Shown here: positions 1-9,122 of the stretch, one piece after another
How positions within the stretch are numbered: the stretch's first letter is position 1
How the letters are laid out: each line of letters begins with the position of its first letter
Source: an uncultured Thermoanaerobaculia bacterium
Lineage (GTDB): Bacteria; Acidobacteriota; Thermoanaerobaculia; Multivoradales; JAGPDF01
DNA length: 64,000 nt
NCBI GenBank assembly: GCA_964591165.1
Contig: CAZPZW010000002.1
Span: forward strand, 3,840-67,839
Direction of reading: 5' to 3'
Notes under the pieces: generated by a model
What the model saw: the letters and a program-made list of their open reading frames with translations, nothing else
Told to the model about the DNA's origin: nothing
The model's database searches: none
Position numbers and translations under genes: made by a program

Positions 1-963
1 GAGCAGGTAGCCGGTGAGCTCGCGCACCCGCCGGTGGACCACGTCGATGCCGATGCGCTCGAGCATCTCGAGGCCGTACTCGACGGCGGGCAGGATGGCG
101 TAGTTGATCGTGCCGTCTTCGAAGGCGGCTTCGCCCTGCGCGAAGGTGAAGCGGTCCGCCTGCACCGAGGCGACCTCGATCGTGCCGCCGGCGAACCACG
201 GGCGATGCAGCTTGGCGAGCGCGGCGCGGCGCGCCACCAGGGCGCCGACGCCGGTCGGGTAGCCGAACATCTTGTAGAAGGACAACGCGACGTAGTCCGG
301 ATGGTGCTGCCCCAGGTCGAGCCGGTTGGTCGGCACGAAGGCTGCGGCATCGAGCAGCACGTCCCAGCCCGTCGCCTTGGCGCGCTCGATCCAATCCAGC
401 GGATGCTGGACGCCGGAGAAGTTGGACTGCGCCGGATAGGCGAAGAGGTTGCGCCGCCCCGGCCGCGCCATGGCGAGGAAGCGCTCGAGGCGCCCCTCGT
501 CGACCCGCATCTCCGGTGGATCCACCGGAACGTAGAGCGTCTCCGCGCCGCGCGCCCGGTCGAACTCGCGGATGCCGTTGACCGAGTTGTGGTTGTCGAA
601 GGTGAGCAGGAAGCGGTCGCCGGGCTCGAAGGGATAGGCCTCGCCCACCAGCTTGAGCGCCTGGCTGGCGTTGGCGGTGAAGATCACCGTGTACTCCGCC
701 GGATCGGCGGCGAAGAAACGCAGCACGTGCTCCCGGCAGCGCTCGACCAGGACGCTCGCCGCGTGCGAGGTCGGATTCGAGGAGTGCGGATTGCCGAGCA
801 CGTTGGCGAGCAGCATCTCGGCGTGCCGGCGCACCTGGGAGTCGGCGTAGAGGCCACCCCCGGTGTAGTCGAGATAGACGTGATGCTCGCGATCGAGCCG
901 GGCGAACTCGACTTCGCGCAGGCGATCGAGCGCGCTCGGCGCCACCAGGGTGGTCGGTGTCAA
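1..963 (-). CDS. Class V PLP-dependent aminotransferase/desulfurase, MOCOS/NifS-like. N-terminal ~320 aa are present; the 3' end runs off the window.
   Basis: The minus-strand frame is open from the window edge to 963. It is absent from the ORF track because it has no ATG start or stop inside the window. The translation reads ..LDREHHVYLDYTGGGLYADSQVRRHAEMLLANVLGNPHSSNPTS...SFYKMFGYPTGVGAL.. The GNPHS and SFYK(PLP-Lys) motifs resemble Moco-sulfurase/NifS-like domains. The candidate TTG start at 963 overlaps the upstream stop (TTGA). Confidence 0.8.
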   Translation of the reverse strand, partial: MTPTTLVAPSALDRLREVEFARLDREHHVYLDYTGGGLYADSQVRRHAEMLLANVLGNPHSSNPTSHAASVLVERCREHVLRFFAADPAEYTVIFTANASQALKLVGEAYPFEPGDRFLLTFDNHNSVNGIREFDRARGAETLYVPVDPPEMRVDEGRLERFLAMARPGRRNLFAYPAQSNFSGVQHPLDWIERAKATGWDVLLDAAAFVPTNRLDLGQHHPDYVALSFYKMFGYPTGVGALVARRAALAKLHRPWFAGGTIEVASVQADRFTFAQGEAAFEDGTINYAILPAVEYGLEMLERIGIDVVHRRVRELTGYLL

Positions 964-3900
964 TGCAGCTCCTCGGCCTCGATCGGTTGCCGGAGCAGGA
1001 TGCGCGGCAGGTCGAGAGCGCGCGCCAGGCTCTCCAGCTCGGCGAGCTCTCCGGAGCGCAACGCCGCGAGCCGCTCCTCGAGCGCCGCGAGCCGCGCCTG
1101 CAGCTCCGCATGCACCTCGCGCATCCCCTGGGTGGGCGCGCCGTCGTCCCACTTCGCGGTCTCGAAGAGGAAGGCGAGGTTGGAGTGGAGCTGGGTCCCG
1201 CCCTCCTGCGCCAGGATGTCGTAGACCACCTCGGCGCGCGGATTGAAGAGCTCGTCCAGCAGGTCGTCGGCCGTCGCCACCGCGCGTCGCGCCGCGTCCA
1301 GCAGCTCGCCGGCCCGCGGATCGGTGGCCAGGCGGTCGACGAGATCGGCGGCCTGGCGGCGGATCGCCCGCGCCTGGTCGATGTCGGCGACCACCCGGTC
1401 GAGCTCGGCGCGCAGCTCGAGCGCGAACGCCAGCTGCTCGGCCAGGTCCTCGGCCGCGACCGTGGAGCGGGGATCGGGAAGAACGGTCAACGTCGATTCC
1501 GCCGTAGCGCCGTCGACCGTGAGGCGCAGGAGGTACTCGCCCGGTATGGCGCGCGGCCCGTTCTGGGGTTCTCCTAAGTCCACCTTGGCGTCGCTCAGTC
1601 GCTCGGCGCCCTTCCAGCGCAGATCCCAGACCGCGCGATGCAGCCCCGCCTCGCGCGAGAGCGCCGGCTGCGGCTTCTTCATCGGCTCGTCCGGGTCGTC
1701 CTCGGGGTAGTACTGGGGCGTGGCGACGCTCGACAGCTCACGCACCAGCCGGCCGCCGGCGTCGCGGATCTCGAGCCGCACCTCGCCCTGCGCCGCCGCC
1801 TTGAGGTAGTAGTGGATCGTCGCGCCGCGCGGCGGGTTCTCCGCCGCGCCCTCGGAGCTCCAGCCGCCGCCGTAGGTCCAGCGCCGGGAGGGGCGCGGTG
1901 CGAAGAGATGCAGCGGGCGGTCGGTGATCTCGGCGCTCCACTGCCGGATCGCCGTGAGATCGTCGAGAATCCAGAGCGAACGCCCTGCCGTCGCGATCAC
2001 CAGGTCCCCCTGGTGCACCTCGAGATCGACCACCACGACCGGGGGCAGGCCGGCCTTCAGCGGCTCCCAGCGATCGCCGCCGTCGCGCGACAGGTAGACG
2101 CCGACGCGCGTGCCCGCGAAGAGCAGGCCGGCCACCGTGGGGTCCTCGCGCACCGCCAGGACGTAGGCCTCCTCCGCGATGCCCGCCACCGCGCTCTGCC
2201 AGGTCACGCCCCCGTCCCGGGTGCGGAAGAGATAGGGCCGGTCGTCGTCCAGGCGATGGGCATCGACCGCGATCCAGGCGGTGAGCGGCTCGTGGGAGGA
2301 GAGCGCGATCGACTCCACGGTGGCCCACTCGGGCATCCCGGGCGGCGTCACGTTCTGCCAGGTCGCGCCGCCGTCGCGCGTGCGGTGCAGCAGCCCGTCG
2401 TCGGTCCCCGCCCAGAGCTCGGCCGGGTCGTGTGGCGATTCGGCGAGCGAGAAGATCGTGTCGTAGATCTCGACACCGGTGTTGTCGCCTGTGATCGGGC
2501 CCCCCGACCAGCGCTGCTTCGTCTTGTCGTCGCGCGTCAGGTCGGGGCTCACCGCCTTCCAGCTCCTCCCCCCGTCCGCGGAGCGGTAGAGGAGGTTGGC
2601 CGCGTGATAGACAACGCCAGGATGGTGACGCGAGGTGAGGATCGGCGCGGTCCACTGGAAGCGCACCCGGAGATCCTCGGCGCCGTGGCCGGAGGGGTTG
2701 GTCGGGTAGTAGGAGACGTTGGGCGCGTTGCCGCTGGCCTGGTCGAAGCGGGTGAAGATGCCGCCGTACTCGCCGGCATAGACCACGCCGGGCGTCGCGC
2801 GATCGAAGGCGAAGTCTCCCGCCTCCCCGCCGCCCGCGGTGATCCAGTCGCCGAGCGTGATCCCCTCGCTGCGCAGGCTGTTGCTCGGCCCGAGCGCCGT
2901 CCCTTCGTCCTGCATCGTCCCGCCGACCCAGTAGGGGATCCGATCGTCGACGTCGAGATTGTAGAACTGGCCGGTGGCGAGCGCCGGCCGGTACCAGCTC
3001 TTGCCGCCGTCGACCGTGAGGTCGGCACCACCGTCGTGGCCGACGATCATCCGCCGGGAATCGACCGGGTCGATCCACAGGTCGTGATAGTCCCCGTGGT
3101 GCGGCCCTTCGACCGAGTGGATGCTCTTGCCGCCATCCTTGCTGCGCAGCAGCGGCACCTGCGGGAACCAGACCAGGTCGGGATTCGCGGGATCGACGGT
3201 GATCGTCGAGTAGTACCAGGCGCGCTGCGTCAGGGCGTGGTGGTCGTTGACCTGTTGCCAACTCTCGCCGCCGTCGTCGGAGCGGAAGAGCCCGCCCGCC
3301 TCGGCTTCGATCAGCGCATAGACGCGCGGTCCGGTGCTCCGCGCCACCGCCACGCCGACCTTTCCCCACGGGCCGGGAGGCAGACCCTTCCCGGAGAGCT
3401 GCTTCCAGCTGTCGCCGCCGTCCCGCGAACGATAGAGGCCGCTGCCCGGACCGCCGCTGGTCATCCCCCAGGGGTGCCGTCGCGCCTGCCAGAGTCCGGC
3501 AAAGAGGAGGCGCGGATTCCCGGGATCCATCGCCACGTCCGAAGCCCCGGTCTCGGCGTCCTTCGCCAACACCTGCTGCCAGCTCTTGCCGCCGTCGCGG
3601 GTGCGGTAGATGCCGCGCTCGGGATTCGGACCGAAGGCGCTCCCGAGCACGGCGGCGTAGGCGACGTCGGGATCGGTCGGATGGACGAGCAGAGTGCCGA
3701 TCTGGCCACGTTGCCGCCAGACCTGGGTCCAGGTGAGACCGGCGTCGGTCGACTTGTAGATCCCGTCGCCCGGCTGGACGTTGCCGCGGATATTCGCCTC
3801 GCCGGTGCCGACGTAGACCACGTTCGGATCGCTCGCGGCGACCGCGATCGACCCGACGCTCTGGATCCCCTGGTCGTCGAAGACCGGCTTCCAGGCGTGC

Positions 3901-4109
3901 CCGCCGTCGGTCGACTTCCAGACGCCGCTCTGCGCGAAGGCGATGTAGAAGGTCGTCGGGTCGCCCGGCACGCCGGCGACGCGCGTCGCCCGGCCGGCGA
4001 CCGCCGGACCGATCGAGCGGAACTTCAGATCGTCGAATTCCCCCGCGGCGAGCGCACTCGCCGCCAGCAGGCCGGCCACCGCCGCCGCCATCGTTCGCCC
4101 GCAGTGCAT
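960..4109 (-). CDS. Secreted BNR/Asp-box (sortilin/VPS10-like) beta-propeller repeat protein, glycosyl-hydrolase-like
   Basis: 1049-aa ORF with an N-terminal signal-like AAAVAGLLAASALAAG. It has many repeats of the S-x-D-x-G-x-x-W type (KSTDGGHAW, RTRDGGKSW, RSRDGGDSW, RSDDGGESW, RSKDGGKS and others). The composition is normal, unlike the shadow ORFs. The start could instead be the internal Met at 4091. Confidence 0.9.
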   Translation of the reverse strand: MHCGRTMAAAVAGLLAASALAAGEFDDLKFRSIGPAVAGRATRVAGVPGDPTTFYIAFAQSGVWKSTDGGHAWKPVFDDQGIQSVGSIAVAASDPNVVYVGTGEANIRGNVQPGDGIYKSTDAGLTWTQVWRQRGQIGTLLVHPTDPDVAYAAVLGSAFGPNPERGIYRTRDGGKSWQQVLAKDAETGASDVAMDPGNPRLLFAGLWQARRHPWGMTSGGPGSGLYRSRDGGDSWKQLSGKGLPPGPWGKVGVAVARSTGPRVYALIEAEAGGLFRSDDGGESWQQVNDHHALTQRAWYYSTITVDPANPDLVWFPQVPLLRSKDGGKSIHSVEGPHHGDYHDLWIDPVDSRRMIVGHDGGADLTVDGGKSWYRPALATGQFYNLDVDDRIPYWVGGTMQDEGTALGPSNSLRSEGITLGDWITAGGGEAGDFAFDRATPGVVYAGEYGGIFTRFDQASGNAPNVSYYPTNPSGHGAEDLRVRFQWTAPILTSRHHPGVVYHAANLLYRSADGGRSWKAVSPDLTRDDKTKQRWSGGPITGDNTGVEIYDTIFSLAESPHDPAELWAGTDDGLLHRTRDGGATWQNVTPPGMPEWATVESIALSSHEPLTAWIAVDAHRLDDDRPYLFRTRDGGVTWQSAVAGIAEEAYVLAVREDPTVAGLLFAGTRVGVYLSRDGGDRWEPLKAGLPPVVVVDLEVHQGDLVIATAGRSLWILDDLTAIRQWSAEITDRPLHLFAPRPSRRWTYGGGWSSEGAAENPPRGATIHYYLKAAAQGEVRLEIRDAGGRLVRELSSVATPQYYPEDDPDEPMKKPQPALSREAGLHRAVWDLRWKGAERLSDAKVDLGEPQNGPRAIPGEYLLRLTVDGATAESTLTVLPDPRSTVAAEDLAEQLAFALELRAELDRVVADIDQARAIRRQAADLVDRLATDPRAGELLDAARRAVATADDLLDELFNPRAEVVYDILAQEGGTQLHSNLAFLFETAKWDDGAPTQGMREVHAELQARLAALEERLAALRSGELAELESLARALDLPRILLRQPIEAEELH

Positions 4110-4247
4110 CGCAGCCCTCCTCGCCGCCCCGGCGCTCCCGCGGATGACGATATGCCGCGCCGCGCAGCAGGGTCAAACCGAAAGGGAGCTGTATTCGAAG
4201 TGGCTTTGATACGCTCGCGCCTCGCGAAAGCCAGCGCCATCGAGACC

Positions 4248-4823
4248 ATGGAAGAGCCGAACCAACCCGGAGCCGCGGAGCTCGTCGCAGCGCTCGACCA
4301 AGCGGTGGGGGCGGGCGATGCGACCCGGGTCACCGCGGCCGTCAAGCGGATCCTCTCGGACCAGATCCGCGGCGGACGCCTGCGCCTCAGCGAGGAGATC
4401 TGCGCGCCGCGCGCCGACACCTACGCGCGCCGGCTGCTCCACCGCGATCCGCTGCGCGGTTACAGTGCGGTGGTCATGACCTGGGGTCCCGGACAGGGAA
4501 CGATGCTCCACGACCACGCCGGGATCTGGTGCGTCGAAGGGGTGGTGCGCGGCGAGATGGAGATCCTGCAGTACGAGCTCACCGCGGCAGAGGGCGGCGA
4601 GCGCTTCCGATTCGCCCCACGCGGCCGCGTGCGGGCGCTCGCCGGATCGTCTGGCGCGCTCATCCCACCTTTCGAGTATCACCTGCTGCGCAACGCGCTG
4701 TCCGATCGGCCGAGCGTCACCCTGCACGTCTACGGCGGCGACATGGAGCGTTGCTCGATCTTCGAGCCCCAGAGCGACGGAACGTACCGCAGATCCGAGC
4801 GCGCGCTCGCCTTCCATGCCTGA
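4248..4823 (+). CDS. Cysteine dioxygenase type I-like cupin (thiol dioxygenase)
   Basis: This is the real 3' part of the listed 1638..4823 ORF, starting at ATG 4248. The sequence MTWGPGQGTMLHDHAGIWCVEGVVRGEMEI has a cupin HxH metal motif like CDO. Its length (~191 aa) is typical of bacterial CDO homologs. Confidence 0.8.
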   Translation: MEEPNQPGAAELVAALDQAVGAGDATRVTAAVKRILSDQIRGGRLRLSEEICAPRADTYARRLLHRDPLRGYSAVVMTWGPGQGTMLHDHAGIWCVEGVVRGEMEILQYELTAAEGGERFRFAPRGRVRALAGSSGALIPPFEYHLLRNALSDRPSVTLHVYGGDMERCSIFEPQSDGTYRRSERALAFHA

Positions 4824-5910
4824 CGCCGCGCGATTCGACAAGCACCCGCGCTTCCTGGTGCGCCAGGCCGAGCCGTTCAACGGCGGACCGCCGCCCGACC
4901 TCCTCCGGCATTCGCCGATCACCCCGAACGGCCTCTTCTTCGTGCGCAACCACGGGGACGTGCCGGCGCTCGACGCCAGGCGCCACCGCCTGATCGTCGA
5001 GGGAGCGGTCGAGCGCCCGCTCGAGCTCTCCCTGGCAGACCTCGCCGCATTTCCGAAGACGAACGTCATCGCGACCCTGCAGTGCGCCGGCCACCGCCGG
5101 CAGGAGCTCGCCCGGCGGCAGCCGATTCCGCACGAGCTGCCGTGGGGGGCCGAGGCGGTGAGCACCGCGGTCTGGACGGGGGTCCGCCTCGCCGACCTGC
5201 TGGCCGCCGCTCGCCCCACCCCGGTGGCGCTCCACGCCGCCTGCGAAGGGCGCGACCAGACCGAGCGTCAGGGGCGCCGGATCTCCTTCGGCGGCTCCAT
5301 TCCCCTCGCCAAGGCGGCCGCTCCCGAGGTGCTGGTCGCCTATGAGATGAACGGCGTGCCGCTGCCCGCCGTCCACGGCTTCCCCCTGCGTCTCGTGGTC
5401 CCGGGCTGGATCGGCGCGCGCAGCGTGAAGTGGCTGCACCGCATCGTCCTGCAGGCCGAGCCCACGGACAACTACTTCCAGGCCGTCGCCTACCGGCTCT
5501 TTCCGGCCACGGCCGGCCCAGAGAACGTGGTCTGGAGCGACGGAGCCATGCTCGGCGAGCAGTCGGTCAACGCCTGCTTCACCGCCCCCGAGCCGGGCGC
5601 CCGGCGGCCGGCGGGACGGGTCCACTGTGAAGGGGTGGCGGTCGCTGGCGGCGGCCGCCAGGTCGAGCGGGTCGAGCTGTCGCACGACGGCGGGCGAAGC
5701 TGGCTCCAGGCCCGCCTCGAGCCGGCGCCCTCGGCCTGGAGCTGGCGGCTCTGGTCCGCCGACCTGGAGCTCGCGGGCGGCCGCCAGGAGCTCGTCGTAC
5801 GCGCCTGGGACTCCGCGGCGCAGACCCAACCGTCGACGGTGGATCAGGTCTGGAATTTCAAGGGGTACATGAACAACGCGTGGCACCGGATCGAGCTCGA
5901 GGTGGGCTGA
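4816..5910 (+). CDS. Sulfite-oxidase-family molybdopterin oxidoreductase (Moco-binding plus dimerisation domains) with no signal peptide and no haem domain
   Basis: 364 aa. The sequence FLVRQAEPFNGGPP...FFVRNHGDVP...LQCAGHRRQEL...GFPLRLVVPGWIGARSVKWL is characteristic of SO/SorA-type enzymes. No twin-arginine leader is present. It overlaps the CDO-like gene by 8 nt (ATGCCTGA). Confidence 0.85.
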   Translation: MPDAARFDKHPRFLVRQAEPFNGGPPPDLLRHSPITPNGLFFVRNHGDVPALDARRHRLIVEGAVERPLELSLADLAAFPKTNVIATLQCAGHRRQELARRQPIPHELPWGAEAVSTAVWTGVRLADLLAAARPTPVALHAACEGRDQTERQGRRISFGGSIPLAKAAAPEVLVAYEMNGVPLPAVHGFPLRLVVPGWIGARSVKWLHRIVLQAEPTDNYFQAVAYRLFPATAGPENVVWSDGAMLGEQSVNACFTAPEPGARRPAGRVHCEGVAVAGGGRQVERVELSHDGGRSWLQARLEPAPSAWSWRLWSADLELAGGRQELVVRAWDSAAQTQPSTVDQVWNFKGYMNNAWHRIELEVG

Positions 5911-5970
5911 GCCCACGGTGCTATCCTCTCGACTCCCGAGGCGACGGCTCCGTCTCGGCATCCCGAAGCC

Positions 5971-7200
5971 ATGGAACCTGCCCAGCGCCACGCCACGCAT
6001 CCGGTTCGTGTCGGCGACCTGACTGTAGGCGGCGGCGCACCGATCGTCGTCCAGTCGATGGCCAACACCGACACCGCCGACGCCGCCGGCACCGCGCGGC
6101 AGTGCCTGGAGCTCGCCCGAGCGGGCTCCGAGATGGTGCGGGTGACGGTCAACGTCGCCGAAGCCGCCGCCGCCGTTCCGGAGATCAAGCGCCGGCTGCT
6201 CGACGCCGGCTGCACGGCGCCGCTCATCGGCGACTTCCACTACAACGGGCACCTGCTGCTCACCGCCCATCCAGAGTGCGCCCGAGCGCTCGACAAGTAC
6301 CGCATCAATCCGGGCAACGTGGGCTTCGGCCGCAAGCGGGACGAGCAGTTCGCGACCATCGTCGGGATCGCGCGCGACCACGGCAAACCGGTACGCATCG
6401 GCGTCAACGGCGGCTCGCTCGACCAGGAACTGGTGATGGCGAAGATGCAGGAGAACACCGATCGCGAGCTCGGCCTCGCCTCCGAGGAGATCCTCAACGA
6501 GTGCATGGTGCTCTCGGCCCTGCAGTCGACCGAGCTCGCTCTCGAGCAGGGACTGGGCGAGGACCGGATCATCGTCTCCTGCAAGGTGTCGCGGCCGCGC
6601 GACCTGATCGCCGTCTACCGGGAGCTCGCGGGCCGCACCCGCCAGCCGCTGCACCTCGGACTGACCGAGGCCGGAATGGGCACCAAGGGGCTGGTCTGGT
6701 CCGCGACCGCGATGGGCGTGCTGCTCGCCGAGGGGATCGGCGACACGATCCGGGTGTCGCTCACCCCCCGCCCCGGCGGCGACCGCCGCGAGGAGGTCTA
6801 CGCGGCCTGCGAGATCCTGCAGTCGCTCGGGCTGCGTTCCTTCGCGCCCTCGGTGACCGCCTGCCCGGGCTGCGGCCGGACCACCTCCACGACCTTCCAG
6901 GAGCTCGCCGAGCGGGTGCAGGAGCACGTGCGCGCCCGGATGCCGGAGTGGAAAGCGAGCCGGCTCGGCGTCGAGGAGCTCAAGCTGGCGGTGATGGGCT
7001 GCGTGGTCAATGGCCCCGGAGAGTCCAAGTCCGCCAACCTCGGCATCAGCTTGCCCGGCACCGGCGAGGCGCCGACCTGTCCAGTCTTCGTCGACGGCCG
7101 CCGGTTCACCACGCTCCAGGGAACCTACGACGAGCTCGCCGAGCGGTTCATCGCGCTGATCGACGACTACGTCGCGGCGAAGTACCCCGAACGCGGCTGA
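5971..7200 (+). CDS. ispG: 4-hydroxy-3-methylbut-2-en-1-yl diphosphate synthase (GcpE)
   Basis: 409 aa. [26 protein letters not shown]..., TACPGCGRT and [10 protein letters not shown] are Fe-S cysteine motifs typical of IspG. Confidence 0.95.
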   Translation: MEPAQRHATHPVRVGDLTVGGGAPIVVQSMANTDTADAAGTARQCLELARAGSEMVRVTVNVAEAAAAVPEIKRRLLDAGCTAPLIGDFHYNGHLLLTAHPECARALDKYRINPGNVGFGRKRDEQFATIVGIARDHGKPVRIGVNGGSLDQELVMAKMQENTDRELGLASEEILNECMVLSALQSTELALEQGLGEDRIIVSCKVSRPRDLIAVYRELAGRTRQPLHLGLTEAGMGTKGLVWSATAMGVLLAEGIGDTIRVSLTPRPGGDRREEVYAACEILQSLGLRSFAPSVTACPGCGRTTSTTFQELAERVQEHVRARMPEWKASRLGVEELKLAVMGCVVNGPGESKSANLGISLPGTGEAPTCPVFVDGRRFTTLQGTYDELAERFIALIDDYVAAKYPERG

Positions 7201-7297
7201 TTCTCGCTGCATCAGGGGGGCGCCAGCCGCCCCGACGAGCGCTACAATCTCCCTCGGCACCCGGTCGCCATCTCTTGGAAACGAGGAGGAGTCCGCC

Positions 7298-9115
7298 ATG
7301 TTCCACCCCCCCACCTGCGCGACGACGCTTCGCCGATCGAGCCTGAGCTGCTGCCTGGCGAGCCTGCTGCTCGCCGCTGCCGCCGCCGCCCAGACGCCAC
7401 CTCCGGAGGTCGACCGGTCGGCCTGGGAGACCGGCTGGCACGTGGTGCGCCCGGGCGACACCCTCGAGGGGCTGGCCCACCGGTTCCTCGGGTCCGAGGA
7501 CCACTGGCGTGAGCTCGCCAAGATCAATCCCGACGTCGCCAACCCGCATTTCATCTTGCCCGGTCAGCGGGTACGCATCTTCCTCGATCGCCCCACGCCG
7601 CAGCCCTCGGCCCAGATCGTCGCGCTCTCGCGCCGCGTCGAAGAGCGCCCGCAGCCCGTCCCCTGGCGCACCGCCGGCGAAGGCGACGTGCTGCTCGAGC
7701 GCGACAGCCTGCGCACCTACGCCAACGCCTCCGCCGGGCTGCGCTTCGACGACGGCGCGGCGCTCACCCTGAACGCGGACTCGCTGGTCTTCATCCGCCG
7801 CCAGTCGCCGCCGACGCCGGCCGGCCAGGGGCGCAAGGAGATCGAGATCGAGCTCGGGCAGGCCGACGTCGCCTCCGCCCCGGCGGCCCCGCTGGGAGGC
7901 GAGATCGAAGTCGTGGTCGGCGGCGCGCGGGGCAGCGGCCGCGCCGAGCCGGGCAAGCCTCTGCGGACGCGCGCGCGCAAGACGGGCGACGCGGCGGCGC
8001 AGTTCATGGTCTACGAAGGGACGAGCACCGTCTCGGCGGCCGGCAGCGCGGTGGAGCTGGCGGCCGGCAGCGGAACGACCGTGCCGCCGCAGGCGGCGCC
8101 GGGACCGGCGGAGCCGTTGCTGCCGGCGCCCACCGGACTCTCGCCGGCTGCCGGCCAGAAGATCGAAGTCGACGATCCTGCCCTGTCCTGGGATGCCGTC
8201 CCGGGCGCCGCGCACTACCTGGTCGAGAGCTGCCGCGACGCGGCCTGCGGCGCCGTCCAGGAGCGCCAAGCGGAGCTCACCGTCACCTCGACCCGCCTCG
8301 CCTCGCCCGAGCTCGGCGCGCTCTACTGGCGCGTGACCGCCGTCGCCGCGAGCGGCCTCGACGGCTTCCCCAGCCCGATCCAACCCCTGCAGGCGGTGGC
8401 GGCGCTGCCGCTTCCGCCCCCCGTCGTGCGGCTCGCCGCTCCGGGGAGCTCGACGCCATCCGCCACGGGCTGCTTCGCGGCGCCACCCGATCTGGCGGTG
8501 ACGGCGCTCGACGCGAAGGGCAACGCGCTCCGTTGGACGCCGCTGCTCGACGGCCAGGAGCTCGCGCCCGAGAAGTGGACGGCGATGTGGCCGGGGAATC
8601 ACGAGGTGAGCGCGCGGGCGGTCGATCCGCGCGGCCGGAGCGTGAGCTCGCAGCCGGTGGCGTTCGCGCTCGATCCGTCTGCGCCGTGGCTCGACCTGAC
8701 CGCCGCGGGCGCCGTGCCACCGGAAGCGACCGACAAGAAGTCGCGCGCGAAGTCACGTGAAGCTCCGGTCCCGGCCTGCGACTCGGGGCTCGAGGTGCGC
8801 GATCCCGCGACCGGCTGGATCCCCGTTCCTTGCGCCACGAGCGCCGTCCCGGTAGCGGCACGGATCGCGGTCACGCCCGAGCAGCCGGCGGTCGAGCTGC
8901 GCACCACCGGCCGGGCGCTCGAGCTCGGCGGCATGAAGGTGTCGGCCGGTGAGGCGCTCCGCCTCGCGGCCTGGGACGTCGGCTGCGGTCCGGCCGAGAT
9001 CGCCCTGGCGATCTCGCCGTCGCCCTACACCGCCGGCGCGATGCAGCTCGGTGCCGAGGTTGCCGACCGCGCCGGAAACCGGCGCAGCCTCGGGTGGCGG
9101 TTGACCGGGCGCTGA
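7298..9115 (+). CDS. Secreted LysM-domain protein with a FecR-like segment and Ig/FN3-like C-terminal region
   Basis: 605 aa with the signal peptide SLSCCLASLLLAAAAAAQ. The LysM-like segment reads VRPGDTLEGLAHRFLGSEDHWRELAKINPDVANPHFILPGQRVRI. A strong SD (AGGAGGAG) lies upstream. Confidence 0.75.
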   Translation: MFHPPTCATTLRRSSLSCCLASLLLAAAAAAQTPPPEVDRSAWETGWHVVRPGDTLEGLAHRFLGSEDHWRELAKINPDVANPHFILPGQRVRIFLDRPTPQPSAQIVALSRRVEERPQPVPWRTAGEGDVLLERDSLRTYANASAGLRFDDGAALTLNADSLVFIRRQSPPTPAGQGRKEIEIELGQADVASAPAAPLGGEIEVVVGGARGSGRAEPGKPLRTRARKTGDAAAQFMVYEGTSTVSAAGSAVELAAGSGTTVPPQAAPGPAEPLLPAPTGLSPAAGQKIEVDDPALSWDAVPGAAHYLVESCRDAACGAVQERQAELTVTSTRLASPELGALYWRVTAVAASGLDGFPSPIQPLQAVAALPLPPPVVRLAAPGSSTPSATGCFAAPPDLAVTALDAKGNALRWTPLLDGQELAPEKWTAMWPGNHEVSARAVDPRGRSVSSQPVAFALDPSAPWLDLTAAGAVPPEATDKKSRAKSREAPVPACDSGLEVRDPATGWIPVPCATSAVPVAARIAVTPEQPAVELRTTGRALELGGMKVSAGEALRLAAWDVGCGPAEIALAISPSPYTAGAMQLGAEVADRAGNRRSLGWRLTGR

Positions 9116-9122
9116 GCGGAGC

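Noticed and set aside
1638-4247. Long 5' extensions of listed ORFs (1638..4823, 9123..10775, 10335..12044, 13448..15583, 18759..20534, 29410..32505, 45247..47112, 12046..13626 and 20539..21591)
   Set aside because: Only the 3' portions show protein-like composition and family motifs. The upstream parts overlap neighbouring real genes in other frames or strands. The starts were moved to internal ATG, GTG or TTG codons, which have SD sequences or stop-start overlaps.
4717-7554. 945-aa minus-strand ORF spanning the sulfite oxidase and ispG genes
   Set aside because: The composition is Arg/Ala/Gly/Pro-rich and low in complexity. It lies antisense to two confidently identified genes and crosses their intergenic region. 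This is typical of a high-GC shadow ORF, where stop codons are rare in antisense frames.
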